Shown: positions 36,196 through 46,016, counted from the first letter of the stretch. The stretch is DNA of 64,000 nucleotides from Dehalococcoidia bacterium (GCA_965220245.1 CBDCPI010000008.1:265264-329263), one strand, 5' to 3'. The notes: a model not told the origin generated them from the sequence alone. Translations and numbers: made by a program.

Positions 36196-36945
36196 TCACA
36201 GAGGCAATACTGCCCCGGCTTCCCGCAGCCGCTGGCGCCGTTGCTGGACGTCCGGCATCACTTGGGCCACCAGGTCCCAGAAATTCCTTGAGTGGTTCTT
36301 GACCTTCAGGTGGGCCAATTCATGGACGACCACGTACTCGATGAGTGCGGGCTCCAGCATCATGAGCCGCCAGTTGAAACGCAGCGTGCCGTCGGCGGCG
36401 CAACTTCCCCAGATTTGGCGCTGGTCACGGATCAGAAGCCGGGGTTTGATCACGCTTCCAAAGGCGGGCAACCACTCATCGACGCTGGCCTGCAATCGCA
36501 CGGCGGCCTTGGCGCGGTACCACTCTATAATACTCCGGCGCAGGCGTTCATAGCGCTCGCTGTCGGGGATAGCAGCCGGCATGGTCACCCGGAATTGCCA
36601 GTGGTCGAAGCGCACCTCCGGTGACCGGACAGTGTCGCTTTGCTCGATGATAAGCCGAACGTTGCGGCCCAAGTACGGTAGCGTCTCGCCGCTGACCAAG
36701 GGCTTCGGCGCGGCCCGGAGCACCGCCTCCTTGGTGTGCTCGAGAATCCAAGGCGCACGCTTGCGGACGATCTCCCGCAGTTCGCTGTCCGGTGTCGCCG
36801 CGGGAGCCGCTACCTGCACGCCATCGCCATCCACGGTGATCTGGACCGTTTTCTTGCGCCGCGCGCTGCGCCGGACCTGGTACTCGATGGTAGTACCGCG
36901 GAAGCGGATGCAGTCTCGGGAAAACGGTTGCCCGGCGGCGTCCAA
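36196..36945 (-). CDS. DUF45/YgjP-like (M48/SprT-like) zinc metallopeptidase
   Basis: 249 aa with the HExxH motif YVVVHELAHLKVKNHSRNFW. Confidence 0.75.
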   Translation of the reverse strand: MDAAGQPFSRDCIRFRGTTIEYQVRRSARRKKTVQITVDGDGVQVAAPAATPDSELREIVRKRAPWILEHTKEAVLRAAPKPLVSGETLPYLGRNVRLIIEQSDTVRSPEVRFDHWQFRVTMPAAIPDSERYERLRRSIIEWYRAKAAVRLQASVDEWLPAFGSVIKPRLLIRDQRQIWGSCAADGTLRFNWRLMMLEPALIEYVVVHELAHLKVKNHSRNFWDLVAQVMPDVQQRRQRLREAGAVLPL

Positions 36946-36950
36946 GCGGC

Positions 36951-37403
36951 TCAGCCCCGTGCCTCACGCAGCAACCGGAATGCCGTCGAACCTAGCAAGA
37001 GCGGCAGCGTCGAGTCGCTGAGGACCCATACAAGCGGTTGGGTGGTCACTGGCTCGGACCACTCGACGCCGACCCAGTTCCAGAGGACCGCCGCCAGAAG
37101 CGCACCGGAAAAATAGAAAACGCCGTTCGCCTCCAGATACTCTCGGGTAATCGATTGGTCGGCCTTCTCGGCGTCCAGCCGGCGCTTCCGGGCGAAGGCG
37201 AGGAGCAGCACCATCGACAATCCGGCCACCATAATCGGATCGATGACGCGCCACGCGGTGAGCACCCCGCCCTGCAAGTCCGGATCATAGAACTGGGTTC
37301 CGATAAAGTGCACCAGCACTGTCCCGGCCAAGCAAAGCATGAAGACAGCGGCAAGCCGCTTCACCAAGGGCGAATTCAGAATATCCATGAGGAGTCCCTC
37401 CAA
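36951..37403 (-). CDS. Small integral membrane protein (about 4 TM), unknown function
   Basis: 150 aa with hydrophobic segments: AAVFMLCLAGTVLV, IMVAGLSMVLLLAF, FYFSGALLAAVLW, LPLLLGSTAF. It lies 5 nt upstream of the DUF45 gene. Confidence 0.5.
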   Translation of the reverse strand: MEGLLMDILNSPLVKRLAAVFMLCLAGTVLVHFIGTQFYDPDLQGGVLTAWRVIDPIMVAGLSMVLLLAFARKRRLDAEKADQSITREYLEANGVFYFSGALLAAVLWNWVGVEWSEPVTTQPLVWVLSDSTLPLLLGSTAFRLLREARG

Positions 37404-37524
37404 CTGGGCCTACGTTCCATTGAACTGGCAGTCAAATTGTAGGGCACCGAAGAATGGTGTGGCGTCAAAGCCTTGAAAGTTGGTGGCAGGGAGGTCTGGA
37501 TACTCCGTCAAGGGGGCTCCGAGG

Positions 37525-37584
37525 CGCCCGGATAACTCTTTGAGCCTCTTGGGACTCAACTGGTATACTCAAAGAGTTCGGGCG
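37525..37584 (+). promoter_or_regulatory. Long inverted repeat enclosing a candidate extended -10 promoter upstream of ptuA
   Basis: The left arm cgcccg(gat)aactctttgag (37525-37544) pairs with the right arm ctcaaagagttcgggcg (37568-37584). This gives 17 bp of pairing with a 3-nt bulge. Within it are TTGAGC (37540-37545), an 18-nt spacer, and TGgTATACT (37561-37569). Confidence 0.35.
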
Positions 37585-37640
37585 CCGGACAGGGTCACGA
37601 AATTCATGCACCTATGGACGAGGCCAAAGGGGCTATTACC

Positions 37641-38951
37641 ATGCACATACTACACATACAAATCGTAGATCTGCCACCGCTGGAATATGTGCGCTTCAAT
37701 TGCGACGAACGGGTGAACCTCTTCATCGGCCCAAATGCGACCGGTAAGAGCACTATCCTCCGAGCAATTAACAGTTTAGACTCCGTGGACAAGGACTCGC
37801 TCCCCGAAGATGTTGGCTTCGAATTCTACCACTCCAACGACCAAGCCAGATCATTTTTCGTGGAAGCGACCCCCGATTGGTTGTGGGATACTTCGCGCCC
37901 TACCCAGGCGCCATGGGACGAGGTTCCTCTCTTGTACATACCTGCTACCCGGGTCAACCTGCCGGGAGTAGACATTTACGACAAGACAATCGACAGGATG
38001 GAGAACGACGAGGCTAATGCTCCACTGAAAGACCTGTTTGATACAGACTCCGGGATCTTCGACGGCCAATACGTAGAACTGGCGATAGAACGGCTTCGTG
38101 AGATAATGACTGGAAATCGGAGCCAAGAGACCCAGCTCAGAAAAGCTGTGCAAGTCGGTTATTCTTGTGCCCAGTCCATTTGTCTTGAAGTAATACACGA
38201 TGATATGCCACACACCTACGTTGAGCTGAGAGACGAGGACGACGATGAAGAGGGATTCCATGTAACGGAAAGGATTGTCCACTATGACATGGGAATCGGG
38301 ACCACCGACGATATTTTGGGAGAACCCTTATACGCCGGCGCCTTGAGTTCAGGGACGCAAGGCACTCTTTTGTGGGTCTGGGCCTTGGCCCTCAAAATGG
38401 TGAACAACTATGGTTGGACAGAGGGTTGGGAAAAGAAGCCAGCCATCCTGCTGATTGACGAGATAGAGAACCACCTGCATCCAACCTGGCAGCGGCGGGT
38501 TATCCCGGCGTTGCTGGAGCATTTTCCGGGGTTGCAGATATTCGCCACTACCCACTCGCCCTTTGTGGTGGCCGGGCTGAAAGCCGGACAGGTACACCTG
38601 CTGAAACGGGACGAAAACGGTCGCGTCACCGCCACGACCAACACCAAGGATGTTGTTGGCTGGACGTCGGACGAGATTCTGCGGACGATGATGGGCGTGG
38701 ACGACCCGACGGACGATGCAACGGCGGCGGCGGCGCGGGAGTTGCGGCAACTGCGCAAGGAAGGGCCGCGGAATGCCCTGGAAGAGGAGGAACGACGGCA
38801 GGAGCGGATTCAGGAGTTGCGGCAGCACGTAGACCGGGACTTGCTGGCCGGCGGTCCAATGGCGGCGCGGCGCGAGCTATTCGAGCAGCAATTCGCCGAA
38901 GCGTTGGAGAAATACCGGCAATCGAAGAACATTAACCAAGAAAACGGTTAA
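37641..38951 (+). CDS. ptuA: AAA/ABC-type ATPase, Septu PtuA-like
   Basis: Walker A LFIGPNATGKST, Walker B LLIDEIENHLHP and ATTHSPFVV. The HNH gene follows immediately. An alternative start lies at 37614. Confidence 0.6.
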   Translation: MHILHIQIVDLPPLEYVRFNCDERVNLFIGPNATGKSTILRAINSLDSVDKDSLPEDVGFEFYHSNDQARSFFVEATPDWLWDTSRPTQAPWDEVPLLYIPATRVNLPGVDIYDKTIDRMENDEANAPLKDLFDTDSGIFDGQYVELAIERLREIMTGNRSQETQLRKAVQVGYSCAQSICLEVIHDDMPHTYVELRDEDDDEEGFHVTERIVHYDMGIGTTDDILGEPLYAGALSSGTQGTLLWVWALALKMVNNYGWTEGWEKKPAILLIDEIENHLHPTWQRRVIPALLEHFPGLQIFATTHSPFVVAGLKAGQVHLLKRDENGRVTATTNTKDVVGWTSDEILRTMMGVDDPTDDATAAAARELRQLRKEGPRNALEEEERRQERIQELRQHVDRDLLAGGPMAARRELFEQQFAEALEKYRQSKNINQENG

Positions 38952-38954
38952 CTG

Positions 38955-39512
38955 TTGCACTCGGTACGACGCTCTCCGGAACCCGACTTTTTCGCCGGAC
39001 TCATTGCTGTGCATACGGAATGGGACGCTCTGGAACCCTCAGACCGTCCGCGCATACGTCGGGCGTTGGAGCGAGATTTTGGGCAAATTTGCGCCTACTG
39101 TGAGCAGCTTTGCCAACTACCAACCCGGTCCGGTGAATCTGCCAACGACGCAACTATCGACCACTTCCGCCCACGCCGCCGGTTTCCGGACCTATGGCTC
39201 GACTGGCTAAACTTGATACATGCCTGTCACAGATGCAATCAGGCTAAAGGAGGAAGCTGGCCCGGTTACGACGATGCGGAGATCAACAATAGGCTGACTG
39301 CCTTGAATCCTCGGTATACGCCGGTATCGGAGTACGTCAGTCCAAACGCGGTCAACAGTCGGCGGCCGGCGCGTGAATTCTTTGGTTTCGATGTTGTGAC
39401 CGGCGAGATTGCACCCGCAGAGCAACTTGACCCAGTGGAGTGGTCAATGGCCCGCAGGACTATCAGGGACATCGACTTGAACGACAGCGAACTGGGAGAA
39501 AACGATCCTTAA
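38955..39512 (+). CDS. ptuB: HNH endonuclease (TIGR02646-like), Septu PtuB-like
   Basis: CAYCEQ ... TIDHFRP ... LIHACHRCNQAKG. TTG start 3 nt after the ptuA stop. A coding-looking tail of about 67 codons continues in the +1 frame to 39702. Confidence 0.6.
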   Translation: MHSVRRSPEPDFFAGLIAVHTEWDALEPSDRPRIRRALERDFGQICAYCEQLCQLPTRSGESANDATIDHFRPRRRFPDLWLDWLNLIHACHRCNQAKGGSWPGYDDAEINNRLTALNPRYTPVSEYVSPNAVNSRRPAREFFGFDVVTGEIAPAEQLDPVEWSMARRTIRDIDLNDSELGENDP

Positions 39513-39781
39513 TCACCTATGGAACCAGCGTCTGGACCACCTTGACTTGGTGTCACAGAGGCTCGACGCTTTGGAGGATTTTGATTCGAAAGTCCAGATA
39601 ATGTTCGAGTTCATGTTGCCGGATAAACCCTTTTCCGCGTTTATTTTCGCTTACTTTACAGGCCGCTTTCCTCCGCTTGGCCAACTGTTCCAGCAGCATT
39701 GACGCCCGGATTCGCTTGGCGCGAATTTCTCCGTTAGGCCGGAGGCTGTCGAAAGGTCTATCTACCTACCCCCGCCCGTCC

Positions 39782-39883
39782 GTAACTGTTCAGACTTGAG
39801 GTGAATCGGCCCTTCGACTCCGCTGCGCTGCGCTCAGGGTGAGCGGTTCCGTGTCAGTGAGCCCACCAACTCTGAACGGTTAT
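39782..39883. mobile_element. Second copy (inverted) of the GTAACAGTTCAGA-TIR MITE
   Basis: gtaactgttcagacttgaggtgaatcggcccttcgactccgctgcgctgcgctcagggtgagcgg ... aactctgaacggttat is the reverse complement of the 12958-13059 family. No intact target-site duplication is visible. Confidence 0.6.
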
Positions 39884-40087
39884 GCTCGCTCAAGCAACTG
39901 GATTTTGTACCTGGCCAAGGTGTACATTACCCTCAAACGCAACTTCGATGTCCTCTAGGGGCAGGCGGACTGGCAATAGCAGCGTACCCCACTTTTTCTT
40001 CCAAGTTGGAGGTCCCGGTGTACCTACGGCGGCGCCGGTCCGATCACCCGGTTGTCAGCCCAATAGCAACCGCAGGAGGGAACGATT

Positions 40088-41095
40088 ATGACCCCTGGAA
40101 ACCATCAGACCTACGTCTACGTCGGGGCCGAAACGAGCGGCCTGTACCGGCTGTCCCCCGGCTCCCACCAGTTGGAGGAGTTGACTAACGGGCTGCCCGA
40201 GGCCCCGAAAGTACCGAGTGTAGCCATTCATCCGGACAATCCGGAAGTGATATTTGCCGGCACTCAGGACGGCCCCTATCGCAGCACCGACCGGGGCGAT
40301 CATTGGGAAAGGTTGGACTACCCCGCCAACGGTGAGCCGGTGTGGTCCTTCCTGTTCCGTCCCGGTGACCCCTCCACCATGTACCTGGGTACGGCCCCCG
40401 GCCAGATATACCGCAGCACCAACGGCGGCGACTCGTGGCAAAAGCTAAACTCAACCATGGGCTCCAACGAATGTGTCATGGGCTTCCCCACCAGGGTAAT
40501 CGCCTTGGCCGCCGACCCCAGCCGTCCCGACGACCTTTACGCGGGCCTGGAGGTTGCCGGCGTCATTCGAAGCTCCGACGGCGGTGACACTTGGGACGAG
40601 ATCACCGGCAGCCTGGCCCCGGCGGAAGGCACCCTCGACCTGCACGGCGTGCAGTGCAGCAGCGCGTCCCCGGGCACGGTGTACATCGCCACCCGCAATG
40701 GGCCCTTTATTGGACTGGACCTTGGGCCGGACCGCGGCCGGGAGTGGGTCCCGGTGGACTTCGGCCGGTTCTCCGCCATCACCTACACCCGCGACCTCCG
40801 CGTTGCGCCCAACGACCCCAACACGATGTTCGTGTCCATTGGCGCTGCTGCCCGCAGTTCCCAGGGCGCGCTATACCGCAGCCGCGACTTGTTCCAGACC
40901 TTCGAACGGGTGGACCAAGGCATCACCGCCGACGCCACCATGATGGCGGTTGCCGTGGACCCGCGGGCGCCGGAGAGCATCTTCTGCATCGCCCGCGACG
41001 GGCAAGTCTTCGGGACCCTGGACGACGGTAACTCCTGGACCACTTATCAGCTACCGGATACGGCCAAAGAGCTTCGCGGCTTGGCGGTAGGGTAG
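40088..41095 (+). CDS. BNR/Asp-box repeat beta-propeller protein (paralogue of 1113-2081)
   Basis: Asp-boxes STDRGDHW, STNGGDSW, SSDGGDTW and LDDGNSW. AGGAGGG ribosome-binding site. Confidence 0.7.
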   Translation: MTPGNHQTYVYVGAETSGLYRLSPGSHQLEELTNGLPEAPKVPSVAIHPDNPEVIFAGTQDGPYRSTDRGDHWERLDYPANGEPVWSFLFRPGDPSTMYLGTAPGQIYRSTNGGDSWQKLNSTMGSNECVMGFPTRVIALAADPSRPDDLYAGLEVAGVIRSSDGGDTWDEITGSLAPAEGTLDLHGVQCSSASPGTVYIATRNGPFIGLDLGPDRGREWVPVDFGRFSAITYTRDLRVAPNDPNTMFVSIGAAARSSQGALYRSRDLFQTFERVDQGITADATMMAVAVDPRAPESIFCIARDGQVFGTLDDGNSWTTYQLPDTAKELRGLAVG

Positions 41096-41169
41096 CCTGG
41101 AACAGTGTGGGCCAAATTGGCTCGCGCGGCCTTTAGACCCCCAGCCTTCTGACCCAAGAGAGGTGCCAG

Positions 41170-42066
41170 ATGCCCATTGAGCAGGTTTCCCCGGAACTGG
41201 AACGTATCGCATCGGTTGGCGAGCCCATCGAAGAGTTGGCCAGCGGCTTCGGCAACGAGACCGGCCCCGCCGAAGGGCCGCTGTGGTGGAAGGAGGGGGA
41301 CTACCTCCTTTTCAGCGACATCGGCAACAATCGCCGGATGAAGTGGAGCGCCAGCGAAGGTGTGACCCTCGCGCAGGAACCGACCAACCACGCCAATGGG
41401 CTTACCCGGGACCTTCAGGGCCGGTTGGTGGCCTGCGACCGCACGCCCAGCGTCCGGCGCACCGAGCCCGACGGCAGCACCACGGTCATCGCGGCCCGCT
41501 ACCGGGGGCTAAGCTTGAACCGCCCGAACGACGTGGTAGTAAAGTCCGACGGCAGCATCTACTTCACCGACCCTGGAGCCCCTGCTCCGGGGATGGCCTT
41601 GGACTTCGCTGGGGTCTACCGGGTGTCCCCGGACTTGGGCACCCTTACCTTGCTGGTGAAGGACTTTGTGACCCCCAACGGCCTGGCTTTCTCCCCCGAC
41701 GAGAGCGTCCTGTACGTCAACGACACCCGCCGGATGCACATCCGGGCCTTCGACGTGCAACCCAATGGCACGCTGGCTTTGGCCAGCGACCGGGTGTTCT
41801 GCGACGTGAGAGGCTCCGGTCCCGGATTCCCCGACGGGATGAAGGTGGACTCGGAAGGCAACGTTTACTGCGGCGGCTCCGGCGGTATCTGGATCATCGG
41901 CCCCTCGGGCAGGCATCTGGGCACCATCGCCCACGGCAAGGCAGAAACCACCAACATGGCTTGGGGAGGCCCGGACTGGACGACCCTTTTCTTCACCTCC
42001 TGGCACACCTTGGGCCGAGTTCAGCTAAAGGTCCCCGGAGTCCCCGTCCCTCCGGCAACGCCCTGA
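41170..42066 (+). CDS. SMP-30/gluconolactonase/LRE-family lactonase
   Basis: EGPLWW ... FSDIGNNR ... RPNDVVV ... YFTDP ... PNGLAFSPDE ... PDGMKVD pattern. Confidence 0.8.
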   Translation: MPIEQVSPELERIASVGEPIEELASGFGNETGPAEGPLWWKEGDYLLFSDIGNNRRMKWSASEGVTLAQEPTNHANGLTRDLQGRLVACDRTPSVRRTEPDGSTTVIAARYRGLSLNRPNDVVVKSDGSIYFTDPGAPAPGMALDFAGVYRVSPDLGTLTLLVKDFVTPNGLAFSPDESVLYVNDTRRMHIRAFDVQPNGTLALASDRVFCDVRGSGPGFPDGMKVDSEGNVYCGGSGGIWIIGPSGRHLGTIAHGKAETTNMAWGGPDWTTLFFTSWHTLGRVQLKVPGVPVPPATP

Positions 42067-42130
42067 GACCGCGGGGGATGCCCAAAAACTCCGGCTAGAA
42101 ACGATTGACAGGGTCCACTCAAGGAGTCGT

Positions 42131-43057
42131 ATGCCCAGGTTAGCCGCCGACCAGTACGTGACTAAAGTCAAAAGGCCCGACGACATCGACCAGTTCTGGG
42201 ATGATGTGCTGGCGGAGACCGCCAGGATTCCCTTGGACCCGGAGGTGGTCTACGACCCACTGCGGTCGAGCGAAGAAATCGACGTCTACGAGGTCTTTTA
42301 CACCAGCCTCGACCGGGTGCGCATCGCGGGATGGTATGCCCTGCCCAAGCAGCGGGACGGTCTTCTGCCGGGGCTGCTACAAGTCCCGGGATACAACATG
42401 GAGCCGCTGGTGCCGAAGGTCTGGGCGCGGAAGAATTACGCGGCGTTCAGCGTTGCCCCGAGGGGGAAGCTGCGCAGCAACCGCCAGTTTAACCCTGGGT
42501 ATCCCGGATTGCTTACCTACGGCATAGTGGACCGTAACACCTATTCCTACCGTGGTTTTTATATGGATGCCTGCCGGGCCGTGGAGTTCCTCTTGGGGCG
42601 GGAAGAAGTGGACAATAGCAGAATCGGCGTGACCGGACATAGCCAGGGTGGCGGCCTGACCGTTTCTACTGCTGCCCTGCGGCCCGAGATCAAGGCTGCG
42701 GCTGCGGGCGCTCCGTACCTCTGCGGGTACCTGGACGCCATCGAGCTGACCGATGCCTACCCCTATCAGGAGATTAACGACTATCTGAGGATGAATCCCG
42801 GCAGCCGGCAGCAGGTGGAAGACACTCTAGCCTACTTCGATGGCATCAACCTGGCCCACCGGATTAGCTGCCCGATAATCGTCAGTGTGGGGCTCCAAGA
42901 CAGCACCTGCCCGCCGGAAACCGGCTTTGCCATGTTCAACGCCATCGCCAGCACCGACAAACGGATGTACGCCTACGACGGCCACGGACACGACGCCAAT
43001 AACCACCAGCACGAGGCTATCATAGATACCTTCCTCGCCAAACACCTGAAGCCTTAG
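42131..43057 (+). CDS. Acetylxylan esterase / cephalosporin-C deacetylase (CE7, AXE1)
   Basis: The triad context is intact: GVTGHSQGGG, GLQDSTCPPETGF and YDGHGH. Confidence 0.8.
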   Translation: MPRLAADQYVTKVKRPDDIDQFWDDVLAETARIPLDPEVVYDPLRSSEEIDVYEVFYTSLDRVRIAGWYALPKQRDGLLPGLLQVPGYNMEPLVPKVWARKNYAAFSVAPRGKLRSNRQFNPGYPGLLTYGIVDRNTYSYRGFYMDACRAVEFLLGREEVDNSRIGVTGHSQGGGLTVSTAALRPEIKAAAAGAPYLCGYLDAIELTDAYPYQEINDYLRMNPGSRQQVEDTLAYFDGINLAHRISCPIIVSVGLQDSTCPPETGFAMFNAIASTDKRMYAYDGHGHDANNHQHEAIIDTFLAKHLKP

Positions 43058-43070
43058 CGGACTTGACGAT

Positions 43071-43988
43071 ATGACCACATTGAGCGGAGCAAAGCCGGAC
43101 GGTTTCGATACCTACTGGCAAGCAACCCTAGAAGAACTGGCCAAGCTGCCGGCCGCCCCGGAGGTGGAGGAGATTCCGTTGCGGTCGACGGATTTTGCGA
43201 CTGCCTACGGCGTGCGCCTCACGTCCATCGGCCCCTACCGGATATTTGCCTATCTGAGCATTCCGCGAGGCAACGGACCCTTTCCGGCCAAGTACTTCCT
43301 GCCCAATTACGGAAGCGTGGTGGACTTGGTGCCCCAGGGCACTTCCAACGGTCAACGCGCGCAATACATCACCTTCTCCGTTAGCGTGCGGGGGCAGCGG
43401 CGGGCGGACCAGCCCTATGCCGCCAGTTTCCCCGGGCTGCTCACTGACGGCATCTCCGCCCCGGCTACCTACATCTACCGGGGCATTGTGGCCGACTGCT
43501 GCCGCGGCCTGGAGTACTTGGCCGGTCGGCCCGAAGTGGATGGGACACGGATAGCGGCTATCGGCACCGACTTGGCCCTGACAACTGCCGCCCTGGGCCC
43601 GCAGATTACCCACGTTGTTTGCACTCCAACCCTTTTTTATGCAACGGCAGACTTAGCCCAGCGCACCGGGGCCTACCCGCTGGAGGAAATCAACGACTAC
43701 CTCCGGCTGCATCCGTCCCAGCAGGAACAGGTGCGCCACACCCTGTCCTACTTCGATCTCAGATGGTTCGCGCCTCAAGTCGACGCCACGCTACTGCTGA
43801 TGGCGGGTGCGGATGGCACGGCGTTGGACGCCGCTGCTCTTGACCCCTTGGCCCAAGCCGTCAAGGGTCCCTCCGAAGTGCACAAGTCGGAACTCTCCGG
43901 CTACAAGGACGGCGTGTACGTCGAGGAATGGTTGGCTCGCCAGTTTGGCCTAGCGGCTCCCATCCTGCCTCCCCACTGGCAGCCTTAG
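43071..43988 (+). CDS. AXE1-like paralogue lacking the Ser-His catalytic residues
   Basis: Collinear with 42131-43057, but GHSQG is replaced by GTDLA and no C-terminal His motif is present. Confidence 0.6.
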   Translation: MTTLSGAKPDGFDTYWQATLEELAKLPAAPEVEEIPLRSTDFATAYGVRLTSIGPYRIFAYLSIPRGNGPFPAKYFLPNYGSVVDLVPQGTSNGQRAQYITFSVSVRGQRRADQPYAASFPGLLTDGISAPATYIYRGIVADCCRGLEYLAGRPEVDGTRIAAIGTDLALTTAALGPQITHVVCTPTLFYATADLAQRTGAYPLEEINDYLRLHPSQQEQVRHTLSYFDLRWFAPQVDATLLLMAGADGTALDAAALDPLAQAVKGPSEVHKSELSGYKDGVYVEEWLARQFGLAAPILPPHWQP

Positions 43989-44003
43989 CGAGATGCTGAC
44001 GTC

Positions 44004-44783
44004 ATGCCCTTCTTAACCCTTCCGGGAGTGGACCTGTGGTACCAGGACACCGGCGGCCCCGGTACTCCGGTGGTCTTCTTGCACGCCGCTTCGGGGACCG
44101 CCGAAAGCTGGGGGCATCAGTTGCCCGCCTTCACGCCGGCCGGCTACCGGTGCATCACCTACGACCGGCGCACCTGGGGGAGGTCCCGGCCCACCAGCCC
44201 CGACGATCAGCCGGGCTTCGTGGGAGACGACCTCCATGGACTGGTTGAGAGACTGGGCTTGGAGCGTTTCCACTTGGTGGCTACGGCGGCGGGTGGCATC
44301 GCCGGGCTGGACTACGCGCTGGACCATCCGGAGCATGTCCGCAGCCTGGTGGCGGCTAACAGCATCGGCGGCGTGCAGGACCCGGACTACCTGGAGGTCC
44401 AGAACAGGCTTCGACCGCCGGAGATACAGCAACTCCCAGTAGAGTTGCGCGAGCTTGGCCCCTCGTACCGGGGTACCGACCCGGAGGGCGCCGCCCGCTG
44501 GTTGGAGATCGAGTTGGCCAGCCGCCCTTATGGGAGGGCGCCCTCGCAGCCTTCACGCGACCCGATCACCTACGCCAGGTTGCAGACCATGCGCGTCCCG
44601 GTGCTGGTGCTGGTGCTGTCGGGAGAGGCGGACCTTCTCTCACCTCCGGCGCTGATGCGGATGCTGGCGGCCCATATCCCCGCCTCTCGTTTCGTCTCGC
44701 TCCCCGATGCGGGACACGCGGGTTTCTGGGAGAGACCGCAGATCTGGAATGGCCTAGTCTTGGAATTCATCGGCCAGCACTAG
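44004..44783 (+). CDS. Alpha/beta-fold hydrolase-like protein (nucleophile position is Ala)
   Basis: It has the HG-type N-terminus VVFLHAASG. The nucleophile elbow reads LVATAAGGIAG instead of GxSxG. Asp (GEADLL) and His (DAGHAGFWE) are retained. The stop TAG at 44781-44783 coincides with the IS630 insertion site. Confidence 0.6.
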   Translation: MPFLTLPGVDLWYQDTGGPGTPVVFLHAASGTAESWGHQLPAFTPAGYRCITYDRRTWGRSRPTSPDDQPGFVGDDLHGLVERLGLERFHLVATAAGGIAGLDYALDHPEHVRSLVAANSIGGVQDPDYLEVQNRLRPPEIQQLPVELRELGPSYRGTDPEGAARWLEIELASRPYGRAPSQPSRDPITYARLQTMRVPVLVLVLSGEADLLSPPALMRMLAAHIPASRFVSLPDAGHAGFWERPQIWNGLVLEFIGQH

Positions 44784-46016
44784 TAGTCCATCAGTGTTGT
44801 ATTGATGGGTATAGGGACTTAAGTTTGATGCGGGCGTCTGCGGTGGTGAACCGCCAGTCTACCCGCACCGTGTCCCGGTTGCGCTGACCTTGCCATGCTT
44901 CTATCTCCCGCCGAAGGGTGCTTTGGTCTGGAATGCGGCGGTTCAGGCATTGGCGTGCCAGCACCCCGATTTCGATCTCGGCCATATTCAGCCAACTCCC
45001 ATGCTTGGGCGTGTAGTGGATCTCCAACCGTTCGGCGATGCGTCGCGCTTCGGCGGGTTCAAACGCTTGGTACAGCGAGGCCGGATGATGGGTGTTCAGG
45101 TTGTCCATCACCAGCACTATCCGGTCCTTGTCAGCGTAGTCCACGTCCACCAGTTGCTTGACCACCCACGCCCAATCGGCTTTCGTGCGCTGCTCCGTCA
45201 CTTCCACCCGGCGCCATCCCTCCAACGGCGCGAACAGCATGAACAGGTTGCTCACCCCGTTGCGTTCGTATTCATAATCAAAAGCGCCTGCCGCTCCAGG
45301 GCGGGGCGGGCGCGGCAGGCGCTTTTCCTTCACCTGCTGTTTGCTGGTCTCGTCCAGGCACACCAGAACTTCGTTGTCCCTATATTGGCGATGGTAGACT
45401 TCCAGCACGTCCTCCATCGCGCACACGAACTCCGAACTGCCTTCCGGCGGGATGCACCAGCACTCTTTCAGCCAAGGCTTGAGTTCGTTTTTTTGAGCGT
45501 TTGGCGCACCGTTTCGGTGCTGATGCTCTCCACTATCTCGCATTCGATCAGCCGGTCCGCCAACAATTTCAGCGTCCAACTTACCCGGCCCTCCGGCGGT
45601 TGGGAGCAGGCCAATGCAACCAGATGGGCCTCTCCCTGACCGTCCAGCTTCTTCTGGCGGCGGTTAAGTTGCACTCTGCGTCCCAAGGCCGCTTCAACCC
45701 CCTCCTCCACGCAACGGCGGCGCACCCGTTCCACCGTCGCACCGCCAATCCGGAGGGACCGGGCAATTTCCTCGTCCTTCATGGCCCCGTCACCTTGGGC
45801 CTCATCACTCAGCAGCAAGATGCGGGCGTGGGTCTGCTTGTAGGCCGCCACCCGCCCCCGGGACACCAGCGCCAGTAGTTCCTCTTGCTCCTCCGCACTC
45901 AGTTTGACCCGGTATTTCTTCACCGACATCCCCTCCTCCCACGCCCCAATCCTCTTGGTCCTATGCCTGGTAGAATACACCCGGCCAGTCCTCAATTCAA
46001 AACTGTTAGGCTACTA
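44781..46016 (-). mobile_element. IS630-family insertion sequence, copy A (1236 bp including TA flanks)
   Basis: TIR TAGTAGTCCATCA / TAGTAGCCTAACA with TA at both ends. orfA is 45468-45995 (HTH) and orfB is 44791-45579 (DDE). They are linked by a -1 frameshift at the T7/A7 run 45488-45494. It is diverged from copies B and C. Confidence 0.85.

Noticed and set aside
37404-37640. A retron-type msr/msd ncRNA upstream of ptuA, since some retrons use PtuAB effectors.
   Set aside because: No reverse transcriptase gene is nearby. The inverted repeat overlaps a promoter-like sequence and is more simply read as an operator or 5' structure.
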